From NCBI GenBank assembly GCA_041165285.1, contig JBEANV010000543.1, positions 24,908 to 88,907 on the forward strand: a stretch of 64,000 nt of DNA, written 5' to 3'. Every line of letters starts with the position of its first letter. Position 1 is the first letter of the stretch. Below are positions 36,301 to 44,197 of this stretch, piece by piece. The DNA comes from Pseudomonadota bacterium. Its GTDB lineage: Bacteria; Pseudomonadota; Gammaproteobacteria; Burkholderiales; Burkholderiaceae_C. The notes below the pieces were generated by a model. The model was not told where the DNA came from, did not search any database, and worked only from the letters and a program-made list of their open reading frames with translations. The position numbers and the translations under genes are program-made.

Positions 36301-38813
36301 GGGGCGGGCGGGACCGGCTTCGCGGGCAACGGGTCGCGGGCCTCGATCCGATTAGCTTCGTCGGCTTGCTGCTTGGCGTAGCCAGTGGCATCGTCCTTGG
36401 CGCCCGGGCCGCCGAACGACTTCGCCGAAACGACTGCCCCCGCTTCGGTGTCGAACAGCTCGGCTTTGTACTTGCCGTCGCCTGCGAAGATCACGCGCCA
36501 CTCTGTGCCTTCTGGCATTGGGAACGATGCGATGCTGTCCCCGACATTGGGCGCGGCCGGCGCTGGCACTGGGTCGGCGCCAGAACTCGCCCGGCTCGCC
36601 TCTTCCTCAGCCCTGGCTCGCAACATCGCCGAAATCTCTGCCTCGGTTCCTTCTTGAGCGGCCGTCAAGCTTGGCCAGCTCGCTCCACTGTCGCGGTTCA
36701 CCCAGTATTTACCCCTCCTCTCAATCTGGATCTCACCGCCGCCAGTCGGGTCAGAAATCCGGTACTCGCTGGCGCTCATGCGCTTCCATTCGGGGGAAGG
36801 CGTGAATGCTGCGGGGACTGGTGCCGGCGCCGCTGCCATATTGTGAAGCCGGACCAGTTCATGCACGGCCTGCGCTTCAGTGTCGCCGCGGTAGGTGCCG
36901 GACTCGCCCTGCAGCGAGCGCCCATTGCTACGGACGACATGCCAGCCTGGAACTCCCATGGTGGAGGTCGAGTCGCTGCGCTGCAAGTCATGCACAGATC
37001 CGTCGCTCAAGGTCACCCGCGTCAGCATGTTCCCATCTTCGTCACGCACACGGGTCTTGCTGGCGATGGTGACTTCCGTGGCTTGCGGCGCAGGTGGAGC
37101 TACGGGCGCCGGGGCGGGATCGCCACCCAGGGAAGAGAAGTCGGCTTCACCCAGCTTCCAATCGTCCGGCTCCAGCAGCTTGGTGAAGTAGGCGATGCCG
37201 TCCGCGCCAGTGAAATAGACGTTCTCGCTGCCCAGGTCGGTGATGGTGACCATGCCGAACTTCGCCAGATCCGCGTTGGAGTCCACGGCCTTCGGATCGA
37301 CGGCCTTCGGGACTGGTTTTGCGACCGGACCCACCTTCTGCGCAGAAAACAGCGCCTGTAGCGCCGACCCGGCCAGCGGCACGGGCATTCCGGCCGCCAC
37401 CATGTCGCGCTTGATCGCCTGCGTGTCGATCATCCCGGCCTTCACGTAGCCGTGCGAGTCACGGTAGCGGCCCAGCAGCGAACCCAGGAACACGGGGAAG
37501 TCGTTCCCTGCGGCAATGTGGGCGTCAGCGATGCGCGTCAGGTCTTCGATCCCGCCCGTGCTGGCGATGTCCGGCAGTCCGGCAGAAGCGGCATCGACGG
37601 GCGGCGCAGCGCGCTTCACGTCCAACTGCCGCTTCAGGTCCGACTCGCGGGCCTCCAGCTCGATGATCTCGCCCTTGATGGCGGTGATCGCTTCGGCGCG
37701 GGCGGCGATGCCTGCGTTCACGCGCTGGAAGGCGGGCGAGTTCTTGACGGCCAGCTTCATCAGCCGGCGAGCCACCTCGCGCGGGTTCAGGTCCGTGCCG
37801 CGCTCAGGCGCAACAACCAGGGTCACGTCCAACTTGTTCAGCAGCCACTTCCACGACACAAGCGAATCGGCGGGCGACAGCTTCGCGGGCGTGGTGTCCG
37901 GGTTGTGCAGCCACACCGCGATGGCCTGCCCGTCCGACAGCGGCCACACCACGGGTACCTGCATCGTGCCGGCCTTGCGGGCTGGGTCGCCGATGACCAT
38001 GCCCGTGGTCTTCAGGTCCGCGCCACCGGCCGCATCCATCAGCCGCTGCAGAACCTGCATCTTCGGCTGCAACATGCCGACCTCGACCACCAGCGCGTCA
38101 AGCATCTGGTGCTCAACGTCCGAGTCACCCAGCAGGTCGTCCATCGTCACCGCGTCGAAGATCAGCCCGTCCGGGCCATCGGCGCGGCGCAGATCGTAGA
38201 GCACGCGGTCAAGGGTTGAGCCTGCCGGCTCTGCGTCGCCGGTCCAGTTGGTGCGGGTCATGACTGGTTTTTCCTTCGGGTGCGGCAGTGATTCCGCCGA
38301 TACGGGTTTCGTGTGGTCGCCGTGGGCGAGCCACCAGCGCAGTTGTGATTCCGTGGTCTGGACGATGCTGCCCAGACCCTTCCATCCGTGCGTGTAGGAG
38401 CGCAGATACCCGCTGCGGGCGTCCGCCTCGCTGGTGAACCCCAGCATGACCTTGTGTTCGTCGAACAGCCGGCTGTGCGGGTCGCACTGGTTGATGACCC
38501 AGGCCGCACCAGACTCGACCATCGGCCCCACGAACACGTCAATCGCGTCACCGTCCGCGCCACGGGTGCCCGTGATGCTCCCGTAGTGGGCGGCCATGCG
38601 GTTGCACCACGGCACGCCATCGGGATCGACCCCGCGGCGCTCTGTGCCCTGCGGGTTTTCGATGCCGATGCGCAGCCCCATGACCTCGATCCGGCCCATG
38701 CGGTAGTTGCCGGCACGCTTCTGTGCGTCGGTCGGATCAGGAAGCGAGTTCGCCCCCATGGCGCCAGCGTTGGCGCCAACCTGTACTGCGGCGAAGTGGT
38801 CTTTGTGGTGCAT
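33369..38813 (-). CDS. Giant polyvalent protein: pyrophosphatase-like domain + DarA N-terminal domain + DdrB-like ParB domain
   Basis: IENP.G..R.G...HYG...GADGDAIDVF...FDEHK.MLGF; LSDGQ......HNPDTTP.K..P.D.LVSWKWLLNK.D.T.VVAPE.G; YP.ELQPRDR...GAPII..D.VVESGNGR. Confidence 0.8.
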   Translation of the reverse strand: MHHKDHFAAVQVGANAGAMGANSLPDPTDAQKRAGNYRMGRIEVMGLRIGIENPQGTERRGVDPDGVPWCNRMAAHYGSITGTRGADGDAIDVFVGPMVESGAAWVINQCDPHSRLFDEHKVMLGFTSEADARSGYLRSYTHGWKGLGSIVQTTESQLRWWLAHGDHTKPVSAESLPHPKEKPVMTRTNWTGDAEPAGSTLDRVLYDLRRADGPDGLIFDAVTMDDLLGDSDVEHQMLDALVVEVGMLQPKMQVLQRLMDAAGGADLKTTGMVIGDPARKAGTMQVPVVWPLSDGQAIAVWLHNPDTTPAKLSPADSLVSWKWLLNKLDVTLVVAPERGTDLNPREVARRLMKLAVKNSPAFQRVNAGIAARAEAITAIKGEIIELEARESDLKRQLDVKRAAPPVDAASAGLPDIASTGGIEDLTRIADAHIAAGNDFPVFLGSLLGRYRDSHGYVKAGMIDTQAIKRDMVAAGMPVPLAGSALQALFSAQKVGPVAKPVPKAVDPKAVDSNADLAKFGMVTITDLGSENVYFTGADGIAYFTKLLEPDDWKLGEADFSSLGGDPAPAPVAPPAPQATEVTIASKTRVRDEDGNMLTRVTLSDGSVHDLQRSDSTSTMGVPGWHVVRSNGRSLQGESGTYRGDTEAQAVHELVRLHNMAAAPAPVPAAFTPSPEWKRMSASEYRISDPTGGGEIQIERRGKYWVNRDSGASWPSLTAAQEGTEAEISAMLRARAEEEASRASSGADPVPAPAAPNVGDSIASFPMPEGTEWRVIFAGDGKYKAELFDTEAGAVVSAKSFGGPGAKDDATGYAKQQADEANRIEARDPLPAKPVPPAPPKPLPASVVQFVTRAIDRLTDLKSRMETARTGLDENPKIGGGGRYESEVWRGGASSIAQSNADLEKIRGLAQKNGNVAEIEALIVSLGGVPDVTPSAKAAAWTISPAPVAPTPDPVQPAGGDMFGGDLNAPKIGFSDFLKSGRLQDAIEMLAGMKYDAAQEILANAGFGAYSRTKTTAALIESTQAELVKAVKARTDGWGLREAQELEILKAAGDPVVVNGYVVKPAIGVSGDVVWDIEGFGRGFTTKEYAISRAKALPTGSEITATPDAENTVDPEGKENEVKTAKGTKVMTGFTVIEAARLITSNDPETGNTNPDYPAELQPRDRKRETSRAWVIKTAADLDPDQLGKTRRADTGAPIIGRDRVVESGNGRCMAILLAYKKGTADEYRQWLTDEAESFGVKASRVQGMVHPVLVRVRTSEIDRKAFTVEANQDDKLSMTATEKAKADADRLDDATIALMTENGDLTAQENIPFLSAFLRSLGDAEAAQYSTSDGKPTSTLIARVQAAIFAKAYNDERLLELTADVAKPEIANIVKALNHAAPEFIQAAALDPKAAKGATGKLVDGVEQSLNAKAVEALLGAAGVIRQAKEAGQTVDEFVKQSGLFGDIDPDVAAMAVFISKNNRSAARMGAAFKAMAVFIKAEILKGQTTDMFGDSQPVAFADIVAAANRELERVYGEGAQTISLFDKPVAEPMPVPAAEPPAAPQDFTHAGRLISKQIRSRGGEAISRWIVQTDENAARVAAGDRPLGGDRVADSEEEAKTIAEEMNLQRDRDAAWKAEIAAKDELAAKEKAARQSATEGKSLAEIKAMDYLNADVRFEGEMMPRSKFVETLVSRGSVPSMTMVNKVRPMTRNQQRVASNEDTRAHERKVAAGGKVPEYWLGEYSVSKTEFDHAQKLIAAAPDPTPQESEHIAFLRTVVAGDKDQTGLNSLLDEIDSAISALAKSGELAGDVEALANEAITHWAKREEAENVE

Positions 38814-38819
38814 TTGCGG

Positions 38820-38861
38820 ATGATGCGGGCGAGCCACGCGACAACACGAGTGGCTTTTTCC
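38820..38861 (-). promoter_or_regulatory. Putative late promoter GGAAAA-N30-CATCAT, leaderless geometry (cargo operon)
   Basis: ttttcc 38856-38861, atgatg 38820-38825, ATG at 38813 lies 6 nt downstream. Confidence 0.65.
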
Positions 38862-38997
38862 TTTCGCATCATGCCATCTTTGTGTGCATAATTTTATTTT
38901 TTGCACACATTGGACGCAAGAATGAACGCATAAATGCATGCGGAAAGCTGGCGTCTTGCCTCGCCATACACTGGGTGCGCAGTGTCAGAATCGCGGG

Positions 38998-39285
38998 ATG
39001 GGAATCTCGCCGCACTTGACAGAAATCCAGCCACTGATCACCCCGGAAGAGCTGCGGGCGCAGCGCAGGGAGTTGCGCCTACGCACGTCAGAAGCGGCGG
39101 CGTTGATCGGCGTGCAGCCGCGCAACTGGCAGCGATACGAAAGCCCTGTCGGCTCTCCGTCACACCGGGCCATGGGGCGCACGGAAACGATCCTGTGGCA
39201 ACTGCAGGTGCAACTGATCAAGCACGTCCGAGCGGGCGGCATTTGGCCGCCTCCGCTGCCCTCAGTGGGGGGCGACGGCCGGTAG
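38998..39285 (+). CDS. XRE-family helix-turn-helix regulator
   Basis: PEELRAQRRELRL...EAAALIGV..R.WQRYE; CAGAAT 6 nt before the ATG with no RBS. Confidence 0.75.
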   Translation: MGISPHLTEIQPLITPEELRAQRRELRLRTSEAAALIGVQPRNWQRYESPVGSPSHRAMGRTETILWQLQVQLIKHVRAGGIWPPPLPSVGGDGR

Positions 39286-39489
39286 TTCGTGGCGCCCTGG
39301 CGCGGGCGGGCCGCACTCGATCCGCGCTGACGACGAATCCCACCACTTCCCGCCCACCAGCTCAATCAGTCGGGTCGAGTGGCATCCAGCCATTGCACGG
39401 GCTGCCAGCCCGGATGCTTCGGCTGTAGCACACCCCTGAAGGGCGAGACTTGCCGCCGTGGCGAGCATGGCGAGAGTTTTCATGATCAT
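39262..39489 (-). CDS. Small lipoprotein
   Basis: MKTLAMLATAASLALQGC lipobox. Confidence 0.45.
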   Translation of the reverse strand: MIMKTLAMLATAASLALQGCATAEASGLAARAMAGCHSTRLIELVGGKWWDSSSARIECGPPAPGRHELPAVAPH

Positions 39490-39536
39490 GGTTTTATGCG
39501 GTCGAGTTGTCCGATTGGACGCTTATTTTGCCGCAT

Positions 39537-39578
39537 GGAAAACTGCTGCGTGTCTACGGTCGGCTGGCGCGGAAGAAT
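39537..39578 (+). promoter_or_regulatory. Putative late promoter GGAAAA-N30-AAGAAT, leaderless geometry
   Basis: GGAAAA 39537-39542, AAGAAT 39573-39578, ATG at 39585. Confidence 0.6.
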
Positions 39579-39584
39579 CGCCCC

Positions 39585-39986
39585 ATGAGAACCATTCGCC
39601 TGATCGCGGCCGGCGCCGCGTTTTTGTCATCGTGCGCCCCGGCCCCTGCCGCCGCCGTGCCCGTCGATCCGCTGCAGGAGGTGCGAATCTGCGGCGCGCC
39701 GGCGCGGGATGCCTCGGGCCGGATCAGCCGGCGCAGCGACGTGCTTTCGGCGTTTCGCCGTGCCCACCCATGCCCGGCCACCGGTCGGACGGGTGGCGCG
39801 TGCCCAGGCTGGGCGATGGACCACACGATTCCGCTGGCGTGCGGCGGCTGTGACGCAGTGGTGAACCTGTCGTGGCTCCCTACGGCCATCAAGTCGGGGT
39901 CGGACCCCCAGAGCAAGGACAGATGGGAACGACGGGTCTACTGCGCACCGAACCAGCTTGTGCCGATGCCGGGGGATGACCAGTGA
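39585..39986 (+). CDS. Exported/lipoprotein HNH endonuclease
   Basis: Signal with LSSC; F...HPCP.TG...GACPG...DH.IPLACGG.D...NL.W HNH motif. Confidence 0.75.
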   Translation: MRTIRLIAAGAAFLSSCAPAPAAAVPVDPLQEVRICGAPARDASGRISRRSDVLSAFRRAHPCPATGRTGGACPGWAMDHTIPLACGGCDAVVNLSWLPTAIKSGSDPQSKDRWERRVYCAPNQLVPMPGDDQ

Positions 39987-40204
39987 TCCGGGCCGCCGTG
40001 GCGTTGCTTCTGGGTGCCGCATGGTCGGTGGTGTTTGTCGCTGTGCCCGTCGCGCTGGTCATCATGCTGACCGGATGCGGCGGTGGCGACGATGCCGGGC
40101 AGCCGGGCGAGAACTCGCCCGCACTGGCACCGGTTCAGCCCGTGCGCATCTGCCCAGTCGATCGCCCCTGCTTGCAGGCCACCGTGTCAGCGCAGCGCCG
40201 CTGA
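39983..40204 (+). CDS. Small membrane/lipoprotein
   Basis: Hydrophobic N-terminus ending LTGC; GTGA overlap with the HNH gene. Confidence 0.45.
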   Translation: MIRAAVALLLGAAWSVVFVAVPVALVIMLTGCGGGDDAGQPGENSPALAPVQPVRICPVDRPCLQATVSAQRR

Positions 40205-40361
40205 TAGCGGAACACCGTGTCCGGCTTCGTGGCGCTCACCGGCACCAGTCGGTGACACCGGATGCACGAAATGTCGTTGCACAGACCGCCAGACGCCGGC
40301 TTCGGGGTGTACTCCTCCCCGGTCGTCATTGTCGCCCGCTTGTAGGCGCTGTTGTGCCCGT

Positions 40362-40874
40362 TCACTCGCCGTCCCCGTTGACGGCGATCGTGCAGCCGCG
40401 CTGCAGAATATCGTTCATCGCCAGCAAGTGCATGGAGCGCGGAAGCATCTCTATGGACAGCCCGGCCACGTCGTTGAGCACTCCAAGTGCCGCACGCTCT
40501 TCATCGCCGATGCACAGTACCTCGCCGGTCGCCCGCTGGCGCTCGCGCAGCGTGGCAATGACTGGCGAAGCCGTCGCCGTCAACTCCCGCAGCGCAGTCG
40601 CGCACGAATCCGCGTCAATGTCGTGGGCGTTCGGTCGAAGCACGGCATCGCGGAACAGCACTACCTGGGTCATCAGCGTGCATTCGACCCCGGCCAATAC
40701 CTCGCTGCAGGCTGTGCCGCTCAGGACTGCAGCAATGGCGCGGCCCTCAGTCCTGCGGAACCGTTCGGCCTCGACGGCCCCCAGCAGTTGCCGCACTGGG
40801 ATACCGCGAATCATCGCGGCAATGCAGTCGAACTTCCCGGTCTTGCGGCGTGTCGGCCTCTTGTTCCCGGCCAT
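40362..40874 (-). CDS. Hypothetical early protein
   Basis: GGAGG RBS; follows the DUF4406 gene. Confidence 0.5.
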   Translation of the reverse strand: MAGNKRPTRRKTGKFDCIAAMIRGIPVRQLLGAVEAERFRRTEGRAIAAVLSGTACSEVLAGVECTLMTQVVLFRDAVLRPNAHDIDADSCATALRELTATASPVIATLRERQRATGEVLCIGDEERAALGVLNDVAGLSIEMLPRSMHLLAMNDILQRGCTIAVNGDGE

Positions 40875-40876
40875 GG

Positions 40877-41215
40877 TCACGCCTCCGCTTCGCCGGCCAG
40901 CCATTCGGCCAGCGTGAAACAGGGCATCCCGACAATCTCGAACGCAACCCGCCGTTCTTCGCGGGCGCCCGGCGAATGCTCCCACCCTGGCAGCAGCGCC
41001 ACGGCGTCACAGCCCAGCATCATCGCCAGCGCCTCGCGCATCCAGTCGCCCCATGTCGGGGCGTCGTTCGGCGGCGGGATGTCTGCAGGGCTTGCGACCT
41101 CGAACCCCATGTCGCACAGCGTGCGGGCCGCGTGGTGGAAGGCCGGGTGATTCATCTCAGGATGCCCGGACATCGGGCCGGACAGGTAGAGCAATTTCAT
41201 TGCGCGTGGCGTCAT
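40877..41215 (-). CDS. DUF4406 family (nucleoside deoxyribosyltransferase-like) protein
   Basis: YLSGPMSG....N.PAF...W...MR..L.....CDA..LLPGWE.S.GA..E. Confidence 0.8.
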   Translation of the reverse strand: MTPRAMKLLYLSGPMSGHPEMNHPAFHHAARTLCDMGFEVASPADIPPPNDAPTWGDWMREALAMMLGCDAVALLPGWEHSPGAREERRVAFEIVGMPCFTLAEWLAGEAEA

Positions 41216-41430
41216 TTTTCTTGCTTGGCGACTGGCGCCCATAAGACGCCGTGCCCGCGGTATCCAGCGGGACGGACAAGGTTCAGGGAATGCAGGCGAT
41301 AGACGCGGCGGCGCATGTTTGCGACGTTGCGCGAGAACACGGCGGATAGCTCCGCGATGGTCTGCGGCTTGGCCGTGATCGTGCCCACCAATTCAGCCTG
41401 CTTCAGCGTCGTGTACGCGCTCGCCCTCAT
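41212..41430 (-). CDS. Small winged-HTH-like protein
   Basis: P.TIAELS.......RR.VY.L....LV pattern; 4-nt overlaps with neighbours. Confidence 0.45.
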   Translation of the reverse strand: MRASAYTTLKQAELVGTITAKPQTIAELSAVFSRNVANMRRRVYRLHSLNLVRPAGYRGHGVLWAPVAKQEK

Positions 41431-41678
41431 GGCCATACGCACTGTCGCTGTGCGATCGCATCGCGCTGGCGGACCAACTGCAGGGACAGCCCTTGCCGTC
41501 TCGCCAGCTCGCGTGATGCAGTGAAGTTGCCGGCGTCATGCTGCTGTGCAGACTGCTTGCCCAGCCCGGTCGCCATGGTCACATAGCCTTGTGTGCCTGA
41601 CTCCCACCGAGCACAGTCGAAGCCGGGCGCGGCGGCGGCCGGGCCGACCGCCAGCACGGCCATGATCACGGCGCGCAT
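41427..41678 (-). CDS. Small exported hypothetical protein
   Basis: Signal-like N-terminus; GAAGG RBS. Confidence 0.4.
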   Translation of the reverse strand: MRAVIMAVLAVGPAAAAPGFDCARWESGTQGYVTMATGLGKQSAQQHDAGNFTASRELARRQGLSLQLVRQRDAIAQRQCVWP

Positions 41679-41885
41679 GGCTCGCTACCTTCGTGGCGCA
41701 CGTAGTGCGTCAGAACCCCCGCGTCGGACTGGCACGGCTCTGCACCGGCATCGACCTGTTCATCGGCCTGCGCACAGGAATGCGGGCGGAAGCAGCAGTA
41801 GGCGCAGGTGAAGTCCCGCGTCAGCGCGTTGTCCGGCGTCCGCTCCTGCCTGACAAGCACGCCCCGGATCGTGAACACGCCGGCG

Positions 41886-42263
41886 TCAACCACGGCGCAC
41901 CTCCTCCTGTGCTCGGATGCGGGCCGCCACGCGGGAAACCTCTGCGATGGCCTCCGCCTCGGTGATGCGCTGGCCAACCACGGTCGAGCGATGCGGCAAC
42001 GGGTATTCCAGCGTCCACCGGGTGCCGTCGCCGTTCTCCGCGCTGGCCTTCACCGGGCCGTGCGGCGTCTCGAACGAGAAGAACACGCGGGCCGAACGGC
42101 CACGGCCGGACACGAACATGATCCCGCCCGCGGTGCCGTAGCGGGCCGCGAAATCGCCGCGGGTGATGCGGCCGGCCGGCGCCGTTCCGCCGATGAGTCT
42201 GCAGCACCGCATGAACACGTCGCCCAGGGTGGCGATTTGCGGTGAAAGGGTAGAAATCGGCAT
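41886..42263 (-). CDS. Hypothetical early protein
   Basis: AAGGAG RBS downstream of an operator-bearing promoter region. Confidence 0.55.
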   Translation of the reverse strand: MPISTLSPQIATLGDVFMRCCRLIGGTAPAGRITRGDFAARYGTAGGIMFVSGRGRSARVFFSFETPHGPVKASAENGDGTRWTLEYPLPHRSTVVGQRITEAEAIAEVSRVAARIRAQEEVRRG

Positions 42264-42378
42264 CGTTTGTCTCCTTCGATGCCGAGATTATGCGCTCTAT
42301 GCGCTGTTTTGCGTCCAGTGTTGGCGCATAAATTTATCTTTTGGTGCCTGATATGCGGAAAACACCTTTTTTATGCCG

Positions 42379-42837
42379 TCACTTGTACGCATTGACAAGG
42401 GCGCGAAGCCGGTCAATCTCCCCCAGCAGCGCGGCCCGCTCGTGCGATTCCGTGCCCGGCGTATCGGCATAGGCTGGGTTGATCGCTAGACGGATACGCC
42501 GCTCAAGATCCGGCGTAACGCACCCCGAGCGTGGGAGCGCGCCGCGGCCCAGCATCCACACGGCCACGTCTCGGCGACTCGGGTTCGCTACGCCGGCCGC
42601 GGCCATCTCTTCCATCGCCAGCGTCTCGGGGTGCGGTGCCCACGACAGTGCGGACAACGGCAGGACCGGCACGGCGCCGTTGCACGTCCGAAGCGTCACT
42701 TGGTCCCCGTGGTATCGCTCCACGCGGCCACGCGGCCCAGCCAGCCAGTGATAGTCCGAATGGACGTACAGCACCGCCCCTGGCGTGACCGTGCGGCCCT
42801 CGTGCTCGAATGAGAATTCCAGTTCGTCGCGGGTCAT
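42379..42837 (-). CDS. Hypothetical protein
   Basis: ATGA overlap with upstream ORF. Confidence 0.45.
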   Translation of the reverse strand: MTRDELEFSFEHEGRTVTPGAVLYVHSDYHWLAGPRGRVERYHGDQVTLRTCNGAVPVLPLSALSWAPHPETLAMEEMAAAGVANPSRRDVAVWMLGRGALPRSGCVTPDLERRIRLAINPAYADTPGTESHERAALLGEIDRLRALVNAYK

Positions 42838-43190
42838 GACGCGCCACCTTCCGTGCGGACAAGCCAGATCCGCCCGCCGCGGTTGTTCGCCAACGCGCGC
42901 TTGGTCTTGAACAAGGGGTGCGAGTTTTCGGTTTCCACCCCAAAGGTATCGACGAACATCCACGACTGACATTGCTCTTCCCACCACTGGTCTTGATCGA
43001 AATTCTCTTTCGCGTAGGCGTCCATTTCGGCGTCGTCAAGCCCATCCATGACGCTGATGCACTCCCTGTAGTCCGCAAGCACGGCGGCGGCCGGTATGCG
43101 CCATTCGCGTCCGCAGTTGCCGCGGACGACGTAGGCCGCTGGCGGGCTATCCCCACTCGGGGGCGGTGTAGCTGTCTCGTGTTTCATCAT
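42834..43190 (-). CDS. Hypothetical protein
   Basis: GAGAGG RBS; Trp-rich acidic sequence. Confidence 0.45.
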   Translation of the reverse strand: MMKHETATPPPSGDSPPAAYVVRGNCGREWRIPAAAVLADYRECISVMDGLDDAEMDAYAKENFDQDQWWEEQCQSWMFVDTFGVETENSHPLFKTKRALANNRGGRIWLVRTEGGAS

Positions 43191-43316
43191 GCGTTGCCTC
43201 TCGTGTTTTGCCGCACTGGCGGCACACCATGCTGTCGCCTTCGCCGGTGCTTTCGTCGCCGGCCAGAAGGCTCCAGTCGTGGTCCTCATCGGGGAGTCCG
43301 TCCAGGCACTCCCAGG

Positions 43317-43520
43317 TCATGCCTGCCTCGGGTAGGGCGCACCCAGCTTTTCAGCGGCGGCGTCCAGCCGGGCAAGGTGCCTGTGCTGGCTGCGCTTGAG
43401 CGCAGCCACCGCCCGCTGTGACCCTGTGACCCGCTCAAGGAGCGTTATGGCTGCCTCGGTGAGTTCGATGTCTCGGCAGGCGGTTTTGTGGTCGTCCAGA
43501 GCCTTCCGTTGCGGCGTCAT
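43317..43520 (-). CDS. Small hypothetical protein
   Basis: ATGA overlap with upstream ORF. Confidence 0.4.
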   Translation of the reverse strand: MTPQRKALDDHKTACRDIELTEAAITLLERVTGSQRAVAALKRSQHRHLARLDAAAEKLGAPYPRQA

Positions 43521-43831
43521 GCCGCACCGCCCTTCTCGCGCGCTTTGAGCATCGCGTCAGCTTCCATGTACCGCAGGGCGGCGCGGTAGTCCGCCCACCA
43601 GCGCAATTTGCCCATCATCTCCGTGGCTGGCGGGTGCTCGGGGCCGAGCAATGTCACCCCAGCGGAAAGGCTAAGTTGCTCCATGTCGCCGATGTCGCAA
43701 TGCGTGGCGAAGTAGTCGCGCAGGGACATCCCGGCGCGGCCGTGGGCGGTGTCCGCGCACTCGTTCGGGAATGCCGGCCCGCCGTCTGCGCCGAACAGCG
43801 TGGCATCTGGTCCAGGTTGCGCGGCCATCAA
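43517..43831 (-). CDS. Conserved small phage protein
   Basis: GGPAFP...GMSLRDYFA...ADAML.AR motif common in proteobacterial prophages. Confidence 0.65.
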   Translation of the reverse strand: MMAAQPGPDATLFGADGGPAFPNECADTAHGRAGMSLRDYFATHCDIGDMEQLSLSAGVTLLGPEHPPATEMMGKLRWWADYRAALRYMEADAMLKAREKGGAA

Positions 43832-44196
43832 TGCACCACCGCGCTGCTGTCCATCGCCTCGGTCTTGGTCTGGTCGATACCCAGCAGCTTCGATGCCCGG
43901 CCGATCACCTCATCCATCGTGTGCGTCTTCCAAGTGCCGTCGCCACTCCCTTGCCTGATGGAGCACACCGACGTGTCAAGGTCTAATGTCCTGGCCATCA
44001 ATTGCACGATGGCCAGGAGCTGAACAAGGGATTCCGCATGGTCCCGAAGTTCGCGCGACTCCATCAGTTCAGCGCGGATGGCCGACTGCCCTCCCTCCCA
44101 TGCCTTCGCTGCCAGCGCGAGCATGTCAGCGGCTTCCGCCGCGTCCAGATCCCACCCCATACCGTCCACTACGGCCTTGATTGCTTCGCTGGTCAT
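43828..44196 (-). CDS. Hypothetical protein
   Basis: Starts 1 nt after the MazG-like stop. Confidence 0.45.
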   Translation of the reverse strand: MTSEAIKAVVDGMGWDLDAAEAADMLALAAKAWEGGQSAIRAELMESRELRDHAESLVQLLAIVQLMARTLDLDTSVCSIRQGSGDGTWKTHTMDEVIGRASKLLGIDQTKTEAMDSSAVVH

Positions 44197-44197
44197 C

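Noticed and set aside
39585-40204. Rz/Rz1 spanin pair
   Set aside because: The first gene has a clear HNH motif and no coiled coil; no spanin pair was identified in the window.
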